NCBI GenBank assembly: GCA_951812805.1
Contig: CATOSZ010000009.1
Coordinates: 120,089 to 184,088, forward strand
Direction: 5' to 3'
Length of the DNA: 64,000 nt
Origin: an uncultured Alphaproteobacteria bacterium
GTDB lineage: Bacteria; Pseudomonadota; Alphaproteobacteria; GCA-2731375
The translations under genes were made by a program, and so were the position numbers. Under the pieces are notes generated by a model. The model saw only the letters and a program-made list of their open reading frames with translations, made no database searches and was not told where the DNA came from. Position 1 is the stretch's first letter, and every line of letters starts with the position of its first letter. Of this stretch, positions 49,894 through 60,497 are shown piece by piece.

Positions 49894-50478
49894 TCAACGC
49901 AGCAGGTCGCCCAGATGCCGGCGCAGGCTCTGCTCCATCTCGGCATCGAAGGCGTCGACCAGCTCGCGGGTGAAGTCGTAATAGGCGTCGTCGCGCTGGT
50001 TGATGGTGAGGTCTTCCAGCAGGGTGCGCCGCCCCGTCACCGTGGCGAGCGCGAAGGGCGAGCCGACCAGCCCCTCGTCGCCGACGATCAGGCGGGCCTG
50101 GATCTCGGCGGTCAGTTCGTGCGCCTCCTCCCGCGTCAACAGACCGCCTATCGTGGACTTGGTCGGCAGGCGCCGGACCTTCACCGACGCCACCTCGATG
50201 ATCATGCGCGCGGCCCCGGCCCGGCCCACCGCCTTCAACCGGTCGCGGCCCCAGCTCGCGAGACCTTCGGCCGGGGTCACGGGAAACTCGTGCTCGACGT
50301 TGGGACGGGTGAGCGGCGGCTCGTAGCGCTCCTCGATCAAGATCTCGCGCACGTCGAGCGCAAGCGGCGCCTTGTGGCTATAGCTGAGATCCGGATACTG
50401 GGGGGCGGCGGGCGGCGAGACACAGGCCGCCAGCGCGAGCAACAGGGCACCGACAATCGCCATCGCACGCAGGGGCAT
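49894..50478 (-). CDS. Hypothetical lipoprotein
   Basis: LALAAC lipobox; PNVEH.FP..P block. Confidence 0.75.
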   Translation of the reverse strand: MPLRAMAIVGALLLALAACVSPPAAPQYPDLSYSHKAPLALDVREILIEERYEPPLTRPNVEHEFPVTPAEGLASWGRDRLKAVGRAGAARMIIEVASVKVRRLPTKSTIGGLLTREEAHELTAEIQARLIVGDEGLVGSPFALATVTGRRTLLEDLTINQRDDAYYDFTRELVDAFDAEMEQSLRRHLGDLLR

Positions 50479-50580
50479 TTTCGAGGCATCCTTCGCATTC
50501 GATTCGCCCGCCAGGAATAGACATCGACGGAGGCGATTTCAACCTCGCCGATACCGCGGGGCCAAACCGGGGACCGCACC

Positions 50581-51234
50581 ATGACGACGATAGACTATCT
50601 TTTCGACGGCCCGGCGACGGCACCGCTGACGCTGGCGCTCGCCCATGGCGCAGGCGCGCCGATGGACAGCCCCTTCATGACCTGGTTCGCCGCGCGCATC
50701 GCCGCCGAGGCAGGCGTCCGCGTCGCCCGCTTCGAGTTTCCCTACATGACGCGCCGGCGGGCGGAGGGAACGAAGCGCCCACCGGACCGCCAGCCAGTGC
50801 TGCTGGAGACCTGGGCCCGGGTCGCCGCCGAGCTGGACCCGGCCCGGCTGGTGATCGGCGGCAAGTCGATGGGCGGCCGCATGGCGAGCCTGGCAGCCGA
50901 CGAGCTCGGCGTGCGCGGCCTGGTCTGCCTCGGCTATCCCTTCCACCCGCCGGGCAAGCCGGAGAAGCCGCGCACCGCCCACCTCGGCTGCCTGCGCACG
51001 CCGGGCCTGATCCTGCAAGGCACCCGCGATCCCATGGGGCCGGCGGCGACGGTCGCGGGCTACGACCTTTCACCGGCGCTCCGCGTCCATTGGCTGGCCG
51101 ACGGCAATCACGACCTGGTGCCGCGCAAGGCCTCGGGCCGCACGGGCGAGGACAACTGGCGCGAGGCGGCGGCGGAAATCGCCCGCTTCCTGGTCGATCC
51201 GCGGTTGACAGACCCCGGGACACAGGCCAAGTGA
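50581..51234 (+). CDS. Alpha/beta hydrolase (Tex30/KANL3-like)
   Basis: LAHGAGAPMDS, GGKSMGGR, GYPFHPPGKP, QGTRD, DGNH. Confidence 0.85.
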   Translation: MTTIDYLFDGPATAPLTLALAHGAGAPMDSPFMTWFAARIAAEAGVRVARFEFPYMTRRRAEGTKRPPDRQPVLLETWARVAAELDPARLVIGGKSMGGRMASLAADELGVRGLVCLGYPFHPPGKPEKPRTAHLGCLRTPGLILQGTRDPMGPAATVAGYDLSPALRVHWLADGNHDLVPRKASGRTGEDNWREAAAEIARFLVDPRLTDPGTQAK

Positions 51235-51260
51235 CGGCGAGGCAACCAGGAGTGCACCGC

Positions 51261-53582
51261 ATGACATCCGAGGCGAACGTGACGCGGCGACGCCACATGG
51301 CGCAATGGGGGGCCTTCGAAGCCGTCGTCGAAAACGGCCGGTTCGTCGCCGCCGAACCCTTCGCCGACGATCCGGAGCCTTCGGACATTCTCCAAGCGAT
51401 GCCGGAATCGGTCTATCACCGCAGCCGCATCGACCGTCCCCACGTGCGCCAAGGCTTCCTCGAGCGCGGCCCCGACTCGCGGGCCGGCCGCGGGGCGGAT
51501 CCCTACGTGCCGGTCTCCTGGGATCGCGCGCTGGACCTGGTCGCCGACGAACTCGCCCGCGTCAAGGCGGCGCACGGCAACGAGGCGATCTTCGCCGGCT
51601 CCTACGGCTGGGCCAGCGCCGGACAGCTGCATCATTCGAAGACGGTGCTGCAACGCTTCATGGGCTTCCACGGCGGCTATGTCGGACAGATGGGTAGCTA
51701 TTCCGTCGCCGCCGCGCTCGCCATCGTGCCGCACGTCACCGGCGACGCGGCGGCGACGGCCGGGCCGATCACCTCCTGGGAGAGCATCATCGCCGAATGC
51801 GGCCTCGTCGTCGCCTTCGGCGGCCTGCCGATGCGGAACGACCAAGTCGGCACCCGCGGCGTCGGCGAGCATCGCCTGGGCGGCTATCTCGCCCGCGCGC
51901 ACGCGGCCGGCTGCCGTTTCGTCAACGTCTCACCGGTCCGCGCCGACATGAGCGAGACGGTCGAGCCGGAATGGCTGGCGATCCGGCCCAATACGGATAC
52001 GGCGCTGATGCTCGGCCTCGCCCACACGCTGGCGAGCGAGGGGCTGGCGGACCGGGATTTTCTCGCCAGCCATTGCCACGGCTACGACCGTTTCGAGGCC
52101 TACCTGCTGGGGCGCAACGACGGTCAGCCCAAGGACGCCGCATGGGCCGCCGCCCTCACCGGCCTCGAGGCGCCGGCGATCCGCGACCTCGCCCGGCGCA
52201 TGGCGGCGACGCGGACCATGGTGACCGCGAGCTGGTCGCTCCAGCGCGGCGATCACGGCGAGCAGCCGTTCTGGATGCTGATCACGCTCGCCGCGATGCT
52301 GGGGCAGATCGGCCTGCCGGGCGGCGGCTTCGGTCTCGGCTACGGTTCGATCGCCGGCATGGGCGGAGTGCGGCGCCCGGTCGGCCTGCCGACCCTGCCG
52401 CGTCCGGAAAACCAGGTGCGCAACTCGATCCCCGTCGCGCGGATCGCCGACATGTTGCTGGATCCGGGCGGCGCCTACGACTTCAACGGCGCCGCACGGC
52501 GCTATCCCGACATCCGTCTGGTCTACTGGTGCGGCGGCAATCCGTTCCACCACCACCAGGACCTCAATCGCCTGGTCGAGGCCTGGCGCCGGCCCGAGAC
52601 GATCGTGGTGCACGAGCCCTGGTGGACCGCGACGGCGCGCCATGCCGACATCGTGCTGCCGGCCACCACCAGCCTCGAGCGCAACGACGTCGGCGGCGGC
52701 CAGCGTGATCGCTATCTCTTCGCCATGCAGCAGGCGATTGAGCCGGTGGGCGAGGCGCGCAACGATTTCGACATCTTCGCCGGCCTCGCGGAACGGCTGG
52801 GTTTCGCCGAGGCCTACGACGAAGGCCGCGACGAGATGGGCTGGATCGAGCATCTCTACGAGGTAACGCGCCAGCAGGCCGCCGGCGCCGGAGTCAGCTG
52901 GCCCGACTTCGAGACCTTCTGGCGAACCGGCCATACCGAAAGCCCGGAGGCGGAGACGCCGCATGTGCTGTTTGCCGCGTTCCGCGCCGATCCCGAGGCG
53001 CATCCCCTGCGGACGCCGAGCGGCAAGCTGGAGATCCACTCACCGACGATTGAGAGCTTCGGCTACGACGATTGCCCGGGCATGCCGACCTGGCTGACGC
53101 CGACGGAATGGCTGGGTGCGGCGGCGGCGGCGCGCCATCCCCTCCATATGCTGTCCAGCCAGCCGGGCGGGCGCCTGCACAGCCAACTCGACCAGTGCGC
53201 CGTCAGCCGGGCCGGCAAGGTCGCGGATCGCGAACCGATCGTCCTGAACCGGGCCGACGCCGCGGCGCGGGGGATCGCCGAGGGCGACGTCGTCCGCGTC
53301 TTCAACGATCGCGGCCAGGTGCTGGCCGGCGCGGTGCTGAGCGACGGGATCCGCGCGGGCGTCGTCCAGCTCTCGACCGGGGCCTGGTACGACCCCGAGA
53401 CGCCGGGCGAGATCGGCAGCCTCGACAAGCACGGCAACGCCAACGTCCTCACCCTCGACAAGGGCACCTCGCGCCTTGCCCAGGGCCCGAGCGCCCATTC
53501 CGCCCTGGTCGAGGTCGAACGCATCACGGGCGAGCCCCCGGCCGTCACCGCCTTCGACCCACCCCCCGCCGCCGCCGAATAA
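51261..53582 (+). CDS. Mo-bisPGD S-/N-oxide reductase (BisC/DorA/TorA family), no Tat signal
   Basis: SYGWASAG..HH, GSYS (Ser ligand), QR..HGEQ, GGNPFHHHQD, RLHSQL, GAWYDP. Confidence 0.9.
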   Translation: MTSEANVTRRRHMAQWGAFEAVVENGRFVAAEPFADDPEPSDILQAMPESVYHRSRIDRPHVRQGFLERGPDSRAGRGADPYVPVSWDRALDLVADELARVKAAHGNEAIFAGSYGWASAGQLHHSKTVLQRFMGFHGGYVGQMGSYSVAAALAIVPHVTGDAAATAGPITSWESIIAECGLVVAFGGLPMRNDQVGTRGVGEHRLGGYLARAHAAGCRFVNVSPVRADMSETVEPEWLAIRPNTDTALMLGLAHTLASEGLADRDFLASHCHGYDRFEAYLLGRNDGQPKDAAWAAALTGLEAPAIRDLARRMAATRTMVTASWSLQRGDHGEQPFWMLITLAAMLGQIGLPGGGFGLGYGSIAGMGGVRRPVGLPTLPRPENQVRNSIPVARIADMLLDPGGAYDFNGAARRYPDIRLVYWCGGNPFHHHQDLNRLVEAWRRPETIVVHEPWWTATARHADIVLPATTSLERNDVGGGQRDRYLFAMQQAIEPVGEARNDFDIFAGLAERLGFAEAYDEGRDEMGWIEHLYEVTRQQAAGAGVSWPDFETFWRTGHTESPEAETPHVLFAAFRADPEAHPLRTPSGKLEIHSPTIESFGYDDCPGMPTWLTPTEWLGAAAAARHPLHMLSSQPGGRLHSQLDQCAVSRAGKVADREPIVLNRADAAARGIAEGDVVRVFNDRGQVLAGAVLSDGIRAGVVQLSTGAWYDPETPGEIGSLDKHGNANVLTLDKGTSRLAQGPSAHSALVEVERITGEPPAVTAFDPPPAAAE

Positions 53583-53645
53583 CCACGCCTCTCCAACCCC
53601 TCGCCTCGACGCCCCCAACGCTCGACCCCGGCCCGCACTGGTATC

Positions 53646-53719
53646 AAAGGGGTCAGGTCTTGTTTGTTGAATTCATTAGAAGTCGCAATACAATTCAACA
53701 AACATGACCTGACCCCTTT
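53646..53719. repeat. Long AT-rich palindrome (REP/MITE-like) between convergent genes
   Basis: 28-bp arms AAAGGGGTCAGGTC(T/A)TGTTTGTTGAATT, 27/28 complementary, 18-nt loop. Confidence 0.8.
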
Positions 53720-53805
53720 CGGAGTCGGCGATAGGCGACGCCGGGGGATCGGCAGGGTACGGGGTGGGCCGAAGGGGCGGCGGGGTGGCGGGAGGGCTCG
53801 CGCAA

Positions 53806-54981
53806 CTACTCGCGGGCGAGGCACATGGCGATGCCCATGCCGCCGCCGATGCACAGGGTGGCGAGGCCCTTTTTGGCGTCGCGGCGGCGCATCTCGTGCA
53901 GCAGGGTCACCAGGATCCGGGTGCCGGAAGCGCCGATCGGGTGACCGATGGCGATCGCCCCGCCGTTCACGTTGACCTTGGCCGTGTCCCAGCCGAGGTC
54001 CTTGTTGACGGCGCAGGCTTGCGCGGCGAAGGCCTCGTTCGCTTCCACCAGGTCGAGGTCGTCGGCGCTCCAGCCGGCCTTCTCCAGCGCCTTGCGGCTG
54101 GCCGGAATGGGGCCCGAGCCCATGATCGCCGGGTCGACCCCCGACTGCGCCCAGGAAACGATGCGGCCGAGCGGCTCGATCCCCGACGCCTCGGCCCGCG
54201 CGGCCGTCGTCAGCACCACGGCCGCGGCGCCGTCGTTGATGCCGGACGCGTTCCCGGCCGTCACCGTGCCGTCCTTCTGGAAGGCCGGGCGCAGCTTGGC
54301 GAGGCTGGCTTCGTCGGCGTCGTGGCGGATGTATTCGTCCGCCTCGACGATTCTATCGCCGCGCCGGCCCGGCACGGTCACGGCGACGATCTGCTCGGCG
54401 AAGCGGCCCTCGCGTTGCGCCGTCGAGGCTTTCGCGAGGGAGGACAGCGCAAAGGCGTCCTGCTCGTCGCGGGTGATCTGCCATTTGGCGGCGACGTTCT
54501 CCGCCGTGTTGCCCATGTGATAGCCGTTGAAGGCGTCCCACAGGCCGTCGCGGATCATGCTGTCGACGAAGGACATATCGCCCATCCGCGCGCCGTTTCG
54601 CAAATGCCCGACGTGTGGCGCGAGGCTCATGCTCTCCTGCCCGCCGGCGACGACGACGTCGCTGTCACCGTTTGCGATCGCCTGGGCGCCGAGTGCCACC
54701 GTGCGCAGGCCGGAGCCGCAGACCATGTTGACGCCCCAGGCCGGCACCTCGTTCGGCAAACCGGCGGCGATCGCGGCCTGGCGGGCCGGGTTCTGGCCCT
54801 GACCGGCGGTCAGGATCTGCCCCATGATCACCTCCGAGACCGCCTCCGGCGCGACGCCGGCGCGGGCCAACGCTTCCGCGATCACCACGGTGCCGAGGTC
54901 GTGCGCCGGCATCGAGGCGAGCGCCCCGTTGAACGAGCCAACGGGCGTACGGGCCGCGCCCGCGATGACGATCTCGCTCAT
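53806..54981 (-). CDS. phaA: Acetyl-CoA acetyltransferase (beta-ketothiolase)
   Basis: [28 protein letters not shown]; PHA gene context. Confidence 0.93.
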   Translation of the reverse strand: MSEIVIAGAARTPVGSFNGALASMPAHDLGTVVIAEALARAGVAPEAVSEVIMGQILTAGQGQNPARQAAIAAGLPNEVPAWGVNMVCGSGLRTVALGAQAIANGDSDVVVAGGQESMSLAPHVGHLRNGARMGDMSFVDSMIRDGLWDAFNGYHMGNTAENVAAKWQITRDEQDAFALSSLAKASTAQREGRFAEQIVAVTVPGRRGDRIVEADEYIRHDADEASLAKLRPAFQKDGTVTAGNASGINDGAAAVVLTTAARAEASGIEPLGRIVSWAQSGVDPAIMGSGPIPASRKALEKAGWSADDLDLVEANEAFAAQACAVNKDLGWDTAKVNVNGGAIAIGHPIGASGTRILVTLLHEMRRRDAKKGLATLCIGGGMGIAMCLARE

Positions 54982-55029
54982 GCCTTTAATCTCCCCATCG
55001 ATCTGGAAACAGCGCCGCCGCGCCTGAAT

Positions 55030-55044
55030 TTGTGCACTGCACAA
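55030..55044. promoter_or_regulatory. Putative PhaR operator upstream of phaA
   Basis: Perfect palindrome TTGTGCA-C-TGCACAA containing TGC-N3-GCA. Confidence 0.6.
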
Positions 55045-55064
55045 TATAGGGTCGGACGGCCGCC

Positions 55065-56276
55065 TCAGGCAAGCGCTTCGAGCCAGGCGCGGAGCGGCGA
55101 CCACAGCTCCGTCTCGGCCCGGCTACCGACCATCATGCCGATGTGGCCGGCGCGGGGCCGAACGACCTGGGCTCGCGGCAGGGCCGGCAGGATCGCCGCC
55201 GCCGAGGTGGGCGGCACGATCCGGTCGTGTGCCGGCACGGCGACGAAGGCCGGCAGATCGAGGGTGGCGGGATCCACCGGCGTGCCGGCCACCCGCCAGG
55301 CGCCCTGCGCCGGCAGGTTGGCGCCATACCAATCGGCGAGACACGCGTGCGCCGCCGGCGCGGCGACGGGCACGCCGTCGTTCAACCAGTCCTCCAGCGC
55401 GACGAAACGCTGCGCCTGCGGGCTCGCGGGATCGAGGGCGGCGAAGCGACGGAACTTGCGCCCGGCGAGATCGGGATCGAGGGCGGCGAAGAGGGCTTGC
55501 AGGATATCCACCGGCAACTCGCCGAACGCCGCGAGCAGGCCCGGAACCGCGCCGGCCATCGTCGTGAACAGGGTGTCGGCGCCGGCCCGGCCCGCATGGA
55601 AATCCCAGGGCGCCGCCAGCAGGGCCAGGCCCGAAATCTCTCCCCCCCGCCGGCAGGCAAGCGCCGTCGCCAGCGTCCCACCGAGACAATAGCCCGCCAG
55701 CACCGGCGGGCGCGCCAAATGGCGAAGCGCCGCGTCGAGCAACCGCGCCAGCCGTCCGGCGACATAGTCGTCGATGCCGAAGTCCCGCTCCGCCGCGCCG
55801 GGGGCGTCCCAGTCGACGATCAGAACCCGGTGTCCGGCGGCGGCGAGCCAGCGCGCCAGGCTCGCCTCCGCCATCAGGTCCAGCACGTAATAACGGTTGA
55901 TGAGGGAGGGTACGATCAGCAGCGCCGGTCCCGCCGCCGGTCCCTCGGGCGGATAGTCCAGCAGGCGCGTCGTGCCCTCCTGCCAGAGCACCGCCGGCGG
56001 TGCCAGCGTACGGCGATAGGGGTGGGCGTGATAGGCGGCGACGCCGGCCATGAAGCGCGCCAACCGGTCCTGCGTCGCCCGCACGACGGCCGCCGCCAGG
56101 GCGTCGGCCGGCGCCTCGGCCAGCACGCCCGCCAGCGCCTCACCTTCCCCCGCCAGCGCCGGCGCCCAGGGCATCAGCCCGGCGCGGGCGGCCGGCAGTG
56201 CGGCCAGGGCGGAGAGACCGTTCGCGCTCGCCGCCGCCATGTGGAGGGCGAGGGGACGGGGCGCCAGCGCCCGCAT
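55065..56276 (-). CDS. PhaC-like (class III-size) PHA synthase-family alpha/beta hydrolase
   Basis: [19 protein letters not shown] lipase-like box, D.IVP, GHIG. Confidence 0.8.
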   Translation of the reverse strand: MRALAPRPLALHMAAASANGLSALAALPAARAGLMPWAPALAGEGEALAGVLAEAPADALAAAVVRATQDRLARFMAGVAAYHAHPYRRTLAPPAVLWQEGTTRLLDYPPEGPAAGPALLIVPSLINRYYVLDLMAEASLARWLAAAGHRVLIVDWDAPGAAERDFGIDDYVAGRLARLLDAALRHLARPPVLAGYCLGGTLATALACRRGGEISGLALLAAPWDFHAGRAGADTLFTTMAGAVPGLLAAFGELPVDILQALFAALDPDLAGRKFRRFAALDPASPQAQRFVALEDWLNDGVPVAAPAAHACLADWYGANLPAQGAWRVAGTPVDPATLDLPAFVAVPAHDRIVPPTSAAAILPALPRAQVVRPRAGHIGMMVGSRAETELWSPLRAWLEALA

Positions 56277-56278
56277 GG

Positions 56279-56461
56279 CTAAGCGCCGTCCTCGCCGCCG
56301 TCACCGCCGGATTCGTCCCCGGTCGCGGCATCGCCCGAGCGTCGGGCGAGCGCGGCGAGCAGGGCGGCGCTCGCCGGCGCACTCGCGAGATGGGCCGCCT
56401 GGCGATCCCAGAGATCGAGGTAGCGCCGGGCCAACGCGTCGATGTCGGGGGGAGAATCCAT
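56279..56461 (-). CDS. Small hypothetical protein upstream of the phaC-like gene
   Basis: MDSPPDIDALARRYLDLWDRQ...; stop 2 nt before the phaC-like start. Confidence 0.55.
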   Translation of the reverse strand: MDSPPDIDALARRYLDLWDRQAAHLASAPASAALLAALARRSGDAATGDESGGDGGEDGA

Positions 56462-56590
56462 GACCCGATCATATCGCGGCGCACGGGCGGCGTCTTCGGC
56501 GGCGCAACAAATCCTTGCGCGGCGCCGCAAAGCGACGCAATAGTGTCTTCGCCCAGGGGGCCGGCGGCCCGCATCCGAGGGATCGAAGTC

Positions 56591-57196
56591 GTGGCGAAAG
56601 CGTCGCAAACGGCGGACGGGCTGGTCCGCATCAAGAAATACGCCAACCGTCGTCTCTACAACACCCGGACGAGCAGCTACGTCACGCTCGACCAGCTGGC
56701 GGAGATGGTGCGCGAGGGCACGGACTTCGTCGTCGTCGACGCCAAGACCGACGAGGATCTGACCCGCTCGGTGCTGACGCAGATCATCGTCGAGCAGGAG
56801 AACAAGGGCGAGAACCTGCTGCCCATCGGCTTCCTGCGCGAGCTGATCGGCTGCTATGGCGACGGGCTGCAGGGGATGCTGCCCAACTATCTGGAAATGA
56901 CCATGCGTACCTTCGCCGAGAACCAGCAGCGCATGCGCGAGGAAATGACCTCGGCGCTCGGCGGCAACTCCCCCATGCGCCAGTTCGAGGAGATGGGACG
57001 CCAGAACCTGGCGTTGTTCGAGCAGGCCATGCGCATGTTCCAACCCCAGGGCGAGGCGCGCGCGGCGCCCGAGCCCGAGCCGAAGCCGGAACCGGCGGCG
57101 GACGCTGCGGGCGACGATCTCTCGGCGCTGCGCCGGCAACTGGCGGAAATGCAGCGCCAGATCGACCGGCTCGGCGACAAGGACAATGCCGGCTGA
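56591..57196 (+). CDS. phaR: PHA synthesis repressor
   Basis: IKKYANRRLYNT..S.YVTL, DLTRSVLTQII.EQE, LP.YLE. Confidence 0.93.
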   Translation: MAKASQTADGLVRIKKYANRRLYNTRTSSYVTLDQLAEMVREGTDFVVVDAKTDEDLTRSVLTQIIVEQENKGENLLPIGFLRELIGCYGDGLQGMLPNYLEMTMRTFAENQQRMREEMTSALGGNSPMRQFEEMGRQNLALFEQAMRMFQPQGEARAAPEPEPKPEPAADAAGDDLSALRRQLAEMQRQIDRLGDKDNAG

Positions 57197-57238
57197 GGGG
57201 CGTCGGTGAAGACAGGCGGAATATCGAGTGGTGATTTC

Positions 57239-58135
57239 ATGACGTTCGCACCTCTTTCGGCGCGTGCCGGCGGCCTGCTCCTGGCCCTGCTGTTGAGCTG
57301 GCCGCTCGCCGCCCAGGCCCAGGGGGAACTCGGCGCCATCGGCCGGCTGACACCGAAGAACGGCATCGTCGGCCTCTCCGGCACGCCCGGCAGCCCGGTG
57401 GGCGAGATCCTGGTCGCACCCGACGACCGGGTGAAACGTGGCGACGTGTTGATGGTGCTCGGCAACAAGGCCTTGCTGGAAACCGAGCGCGCCCTCGCCG
57501 CCATCGAGCGCGAGGCGGCGGAGCGCACGGGCATAGATGCGATCGAGGTGCAGAAGCTGGTCGTCAACAACGCCCGAAAGCGCCACGAGCGGGCCGCGGC
57601 GGAACTGGCGCAGTATCGCAAGCTCGGCCCGAATGCGATCGTCGAGCGCGAGCTGCAACGCCGCGAATACGACGTCGCGGAGACGAAACGCGGCATCGTG
57701 CTGGAGCGCGCGCGCCTCAAGACCCTGCGCAACGAACTGCCCTTCAAGATCAAGTCAGCGGAAGCCCGTCTCGAGGCGGCGACCGCCCGGCTGCGGGCGG
57801 CCGAGCTGACGGCACCGGGCGACGGCACCATCCTCGAGGTTCGCAAGCGGGTCGGCGAACACCTGCGGGGCGACCCGGCAATTTTGCTGGCCGATCTCGA
57901 CAACATGTATGTCACCGCCGACGTCTACGAAGGCGACGTCTTGAAGATCGAGCCCGGCATGAAAGCCAGCGCCAAGAGCTCGGCTTTGCCGGCGCCGCTC
58001 ACCGGCGTGGTCGAGCGGATCGAGCGCATCGTCAACACCGACAGCAAACTTGCCAAGGTCCTGATCAAGCTGGATAGTTCCGAGATCGCGGGGAAGGTCG
58101 TCGGCATGGAGGTACAGGTCACCATCGCGCGCTGA
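57239..58135 (+). CDS. DevB-like membrane fusion protein
   Basis: GAIGRL.P, lipoyl-like half motifs, coiled coil, AP.DGTIL, GMEVQV.I. Confidence 0.82.
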   Translation: MTFAPLSARAGGLLLALLLSWPLAAQAQGELGAIGRLTPKNGIVGLSGTPGSPVGEILVAPDDRVKRGDVLMVLGNKALLETERALAAIEREAAERTGIDAIEVQKLVVNNARKRHERAAAELAQYRKLGPNAIVERELQRREYDVAETKRGIVLERARLKTLRNELPFKIKSAEARLEAATARLRAAELTAPGDGTILEVRKRVGEHLRGDPAILLADLDNMYVTADVYEGDVLKIEPGMKASAKSSALPAPLTGVVERIERIVNTDSKLAKVLIKLDSSEIAGKVVGMEVQVTIAR

Positions 58136-58155
58136 GGCGGGCTGGGACCGAGACT

Positions 58156-59328
58156 GTGGAAGGAAAATCTGGGTTGACCTCGGGGGGCGGATTATCGCGT
58201 GCCTGCCTGGTGCTGTCGTGGCGCAACCTTTCGCAGCGCCCGGCCCGCACGGCCGTGGCGGCGACGGGAATCTGCTTCGCGATCTTCCTCCTGTTCCTGC
58301 AGATCGGCTTCCTCGACGCGGCCCGGCGCGCTGCGACCCTGCTGTTCGAGTTTTTCGCCTTCGATCTGGCGGTGGTCTCGACCGACTATCAGTATCTCCG
58401 CGCGGCACCGCGGTTCGACCGGGTGCGCCTGACCCAGGCACGCGCCGTGCCTGAAGTGACGGACAGCTTCAACATCTCGATCAAGGGCAGCCGCTGGACC
58501 GAGCCGGAGAGCGGCCGGCGCTCCACACTATTGCTGGTCGGCATCGACGACGACGCGAGCTTCATCGCCCTGCCCGCCCTCCAGGACGGGCTCGCCAAGC
58601 TCGCGCAGAACCGGTCCGTCCTGGTCGACGCCTTCAGCCATCGCGACTATGGCGACATCGCCGTCGGCGCCGAAGCTTTGGTGAACAACCGTGAGGTCGG
58701 CGTCGTCGGCCAGTTCGAACTCGGCGCCTTCTTCTATGCCGAGGGGGCGGCGATCACGCGCAACGACACTTTCGCCCGGCTGATCCGCCGCTCCGGCCGG
58801 CATATCACGCTCGGGCTGCTTCGCCTGGCACCGGGGAGCGATCCCGCGGCCGCCAAGGCGCAGCTGGCGGATGTCCTGCCGAGCGATGTCCGTGTGCTCA
58901 CCCGGGCCGAACTGATCGAGCGGGAGCGCAATTATTTCACCTCCGACCGGCCGGTCGGCCTGATGTTCCAGACGGGCATGATCATCGGCTTCATCGTCGG
59001 CGTCGTCATCCTCTTCCAGGTGATCTCGACCGAGATCGGCAACCGGATGGGCGAATTCGCCACCCTGAAGGCGATCGGCTTCGGCCGGCGCTTCGTACTC
59101 GGTGTGGGCGTGACGCAGACCGCGCTCTTCGCCCTGCTCGGCTTCCTCCCGGCCTGGGGGATCGGCTACGCGGCGTTCCAGCTCGTCAGCGAGGCGAGCC
59201 ACCTGCCGATGCAGATGGACGGCACCCTGATCGCGGCCGTCGGCGCCATGGCGCTTGCGATGTGTCTCGCCTCGGCCGCCCTGACCTTGCACCGGCTGCG
59301 CCGGGCCGATCCGGCGGAGCTGTTCTGA
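58156..59328 (+). CDS. DevC-like ABC permease 1
   Basis: GICFAIFLLFLQIGF, EFATLKAIG, C-terminal ADPAELF. Confidence 0.87.
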   Translation: MEGKSGLTSGGGLSRACLVLSWRNLSQRPARTAVAATGICFAIFLLFLQIGFLDAARRAATLLFEFFAFDLAVVSTDYQYLRAAPRFDRVRLTQARAVPEVTDSFNISIKGSRWTEPESGRRSTLLLVGIDDDASFIALPALQDGLAKLAQNRSVLVDAFSHRDYGDIAVGAEALVNNREVGVVGQFELGAFFYAEGAAITRNDTFARLIRRSGRHITLGLLRLAPGSDPAAAKAQLADVLPSDVRVLTRAELIERERNYFTSDRPVGLMFQTGMIIGFIVGVVILFQVISTEIGNRMGEFATLKAIGFGRRFVLGVGVTQTALFALLGFLPAWGIGYAAFQLVSEASHLPMQMDGTLIAAVGAMALAMCLASAALTLHRLRRADPAELF

Positions 59329-59330
59329 GC

Positions 59331-60467
59331 ATGGCCATCCGTCATCTCGTCGCCGGCCTCGGCGGGCGCATCCTGACCCACAACCGTCGCCGTTTCGCCG
59401 CCGCCGCCGCCGGCATGGCCGTCGCCGTCGTCATCATGTTCGTCGAGGCCGGCTTCTTCTTCGGCGTGCTGGACAGCCAGGCCAACCTCGCCACCCTGGT
59501 CCGCGGCGACATCGTCGCCATGCACGCCAACCAGACCAACCTCAACAAATGGCAGGAGCTGGATCCCATCCGCCTCAACCAGATCGCCGCCCTGCCCGGC
59601 GTCGAGGTCGTGAGCCGGATCTACAAGGGCAACGTCGGCCTCGCCCAGCAGGCCGGCCAGGCGAGCCGGCGCATCGTCGTCTACGCGTTTCCGCCCGACC
59701 ACGCCCCGCTAGCAATCGGCGACCTGAAGCAGGTCGCCACGACCATGAAGCTCGCCCGTACCGTCCTGTTCGATCGGCGCAGCCGCGACATCTACGGCGA
59801 GATCACGCCGGGGCGGGAGATCCTGCTCGACCGCCAGCCGTTCCGGGTGGCGGGCGAGGTCTCGATCGGCCCCAACGTCATCAGCGACGGCGCGGTGGTG
59901 ATGAGCGAGGGCAACTGGCTCGCGTTGCAACCCAACGCCGATCCGATCCTCGGCGTGATCCGCCTCAGCGACGGCGCGCCGCTCGAGGAAACCCGGCGCG
60001 CGATCGAGGCGCTGGCACCGGGGGAAATTACCGCGCTGACGCCCGAATCGCTGCGGGACCGCGAGTTTCTCTTCACCATCCGGGCCGCCCCGATCGGCAT
60101 CATCTTCGGCATCGGCCTGCTCGCCGGCCTGGTGATCGGCCTGATCACCTGCTACCAGATTCTCTACAACGAGATCGCCGACCAGCAGGCCCAGTACGCC
60201 ACCTTGAAAGCCATGGGCTTCACCCGTGGATTTCTCGCCCGCATCATCCTGCAACAGGCTTTGCTGCTCTCCCTCGTCGGGTTTGCGCTGGCGCTCGGAA
60301 TGAGTTACGTCGCCTATGAGGTCATTCAGGATCTGACGGCCCTGATCATGCGCCATACGTGGTGGCGCACCGGGGCGATCGGCATATTGACCGTGGTGAT
60401 GTCGATCCTGGCCGGATTGCTGGCGATGCGTCGCGTCGCCCAGGCAGATCCGGCCGAACTGTTCTAG
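59331..60467 (+). CDS. DevC-like ABC permease 2
   Basis: PIGIIFG.G, YQIL, QYATLKAMG, C-terminal ADPAELF. Confidence 0.87.
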   Translation: MAIRHLVAGLGGRILTHNRRRFAAAAAGMAVAVVIMFVEAGFFFGVLDSQANLATLVRGDIVAMHANQTNLNKWQELDPIRLNQIAALPGVEVVSRIYKGNVGLAQQAGQASRRIVVYAFPPDHAPLAIGDLKQVATTMKLARTVLFDRRSRDIYGEITPGREILLDRQPFRVAGEVSIGPNVISDGAVVMSEGNWLALQPNADPILGVIRLSDGAPLEETRRAIEALAPGEITALTPESLRDREFLFTIRAAPIGIIFGIGLLAGLVIGLITCYQILYNEIADQQAQYATLKAMGFTRGFLARIILQQALLLSLVGFALALGMSYVAYEVIQDLTALIMRHTWWRTGAIGILTVVMSILAGLLAMRRVAQADPAELF

Positions 60468-60497
60468 CGGCCATTTGGCCGAGGAGAGGTCGAACAC

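Noticed and set aside
57061-57110. Short tandem-like repeats in phaR (PEPEPKPEP), and GAGGGC repeats near the TolC end (62620-62650)
   Set aside because: Low-complexity protein linkers, not DNA repeat arrays.
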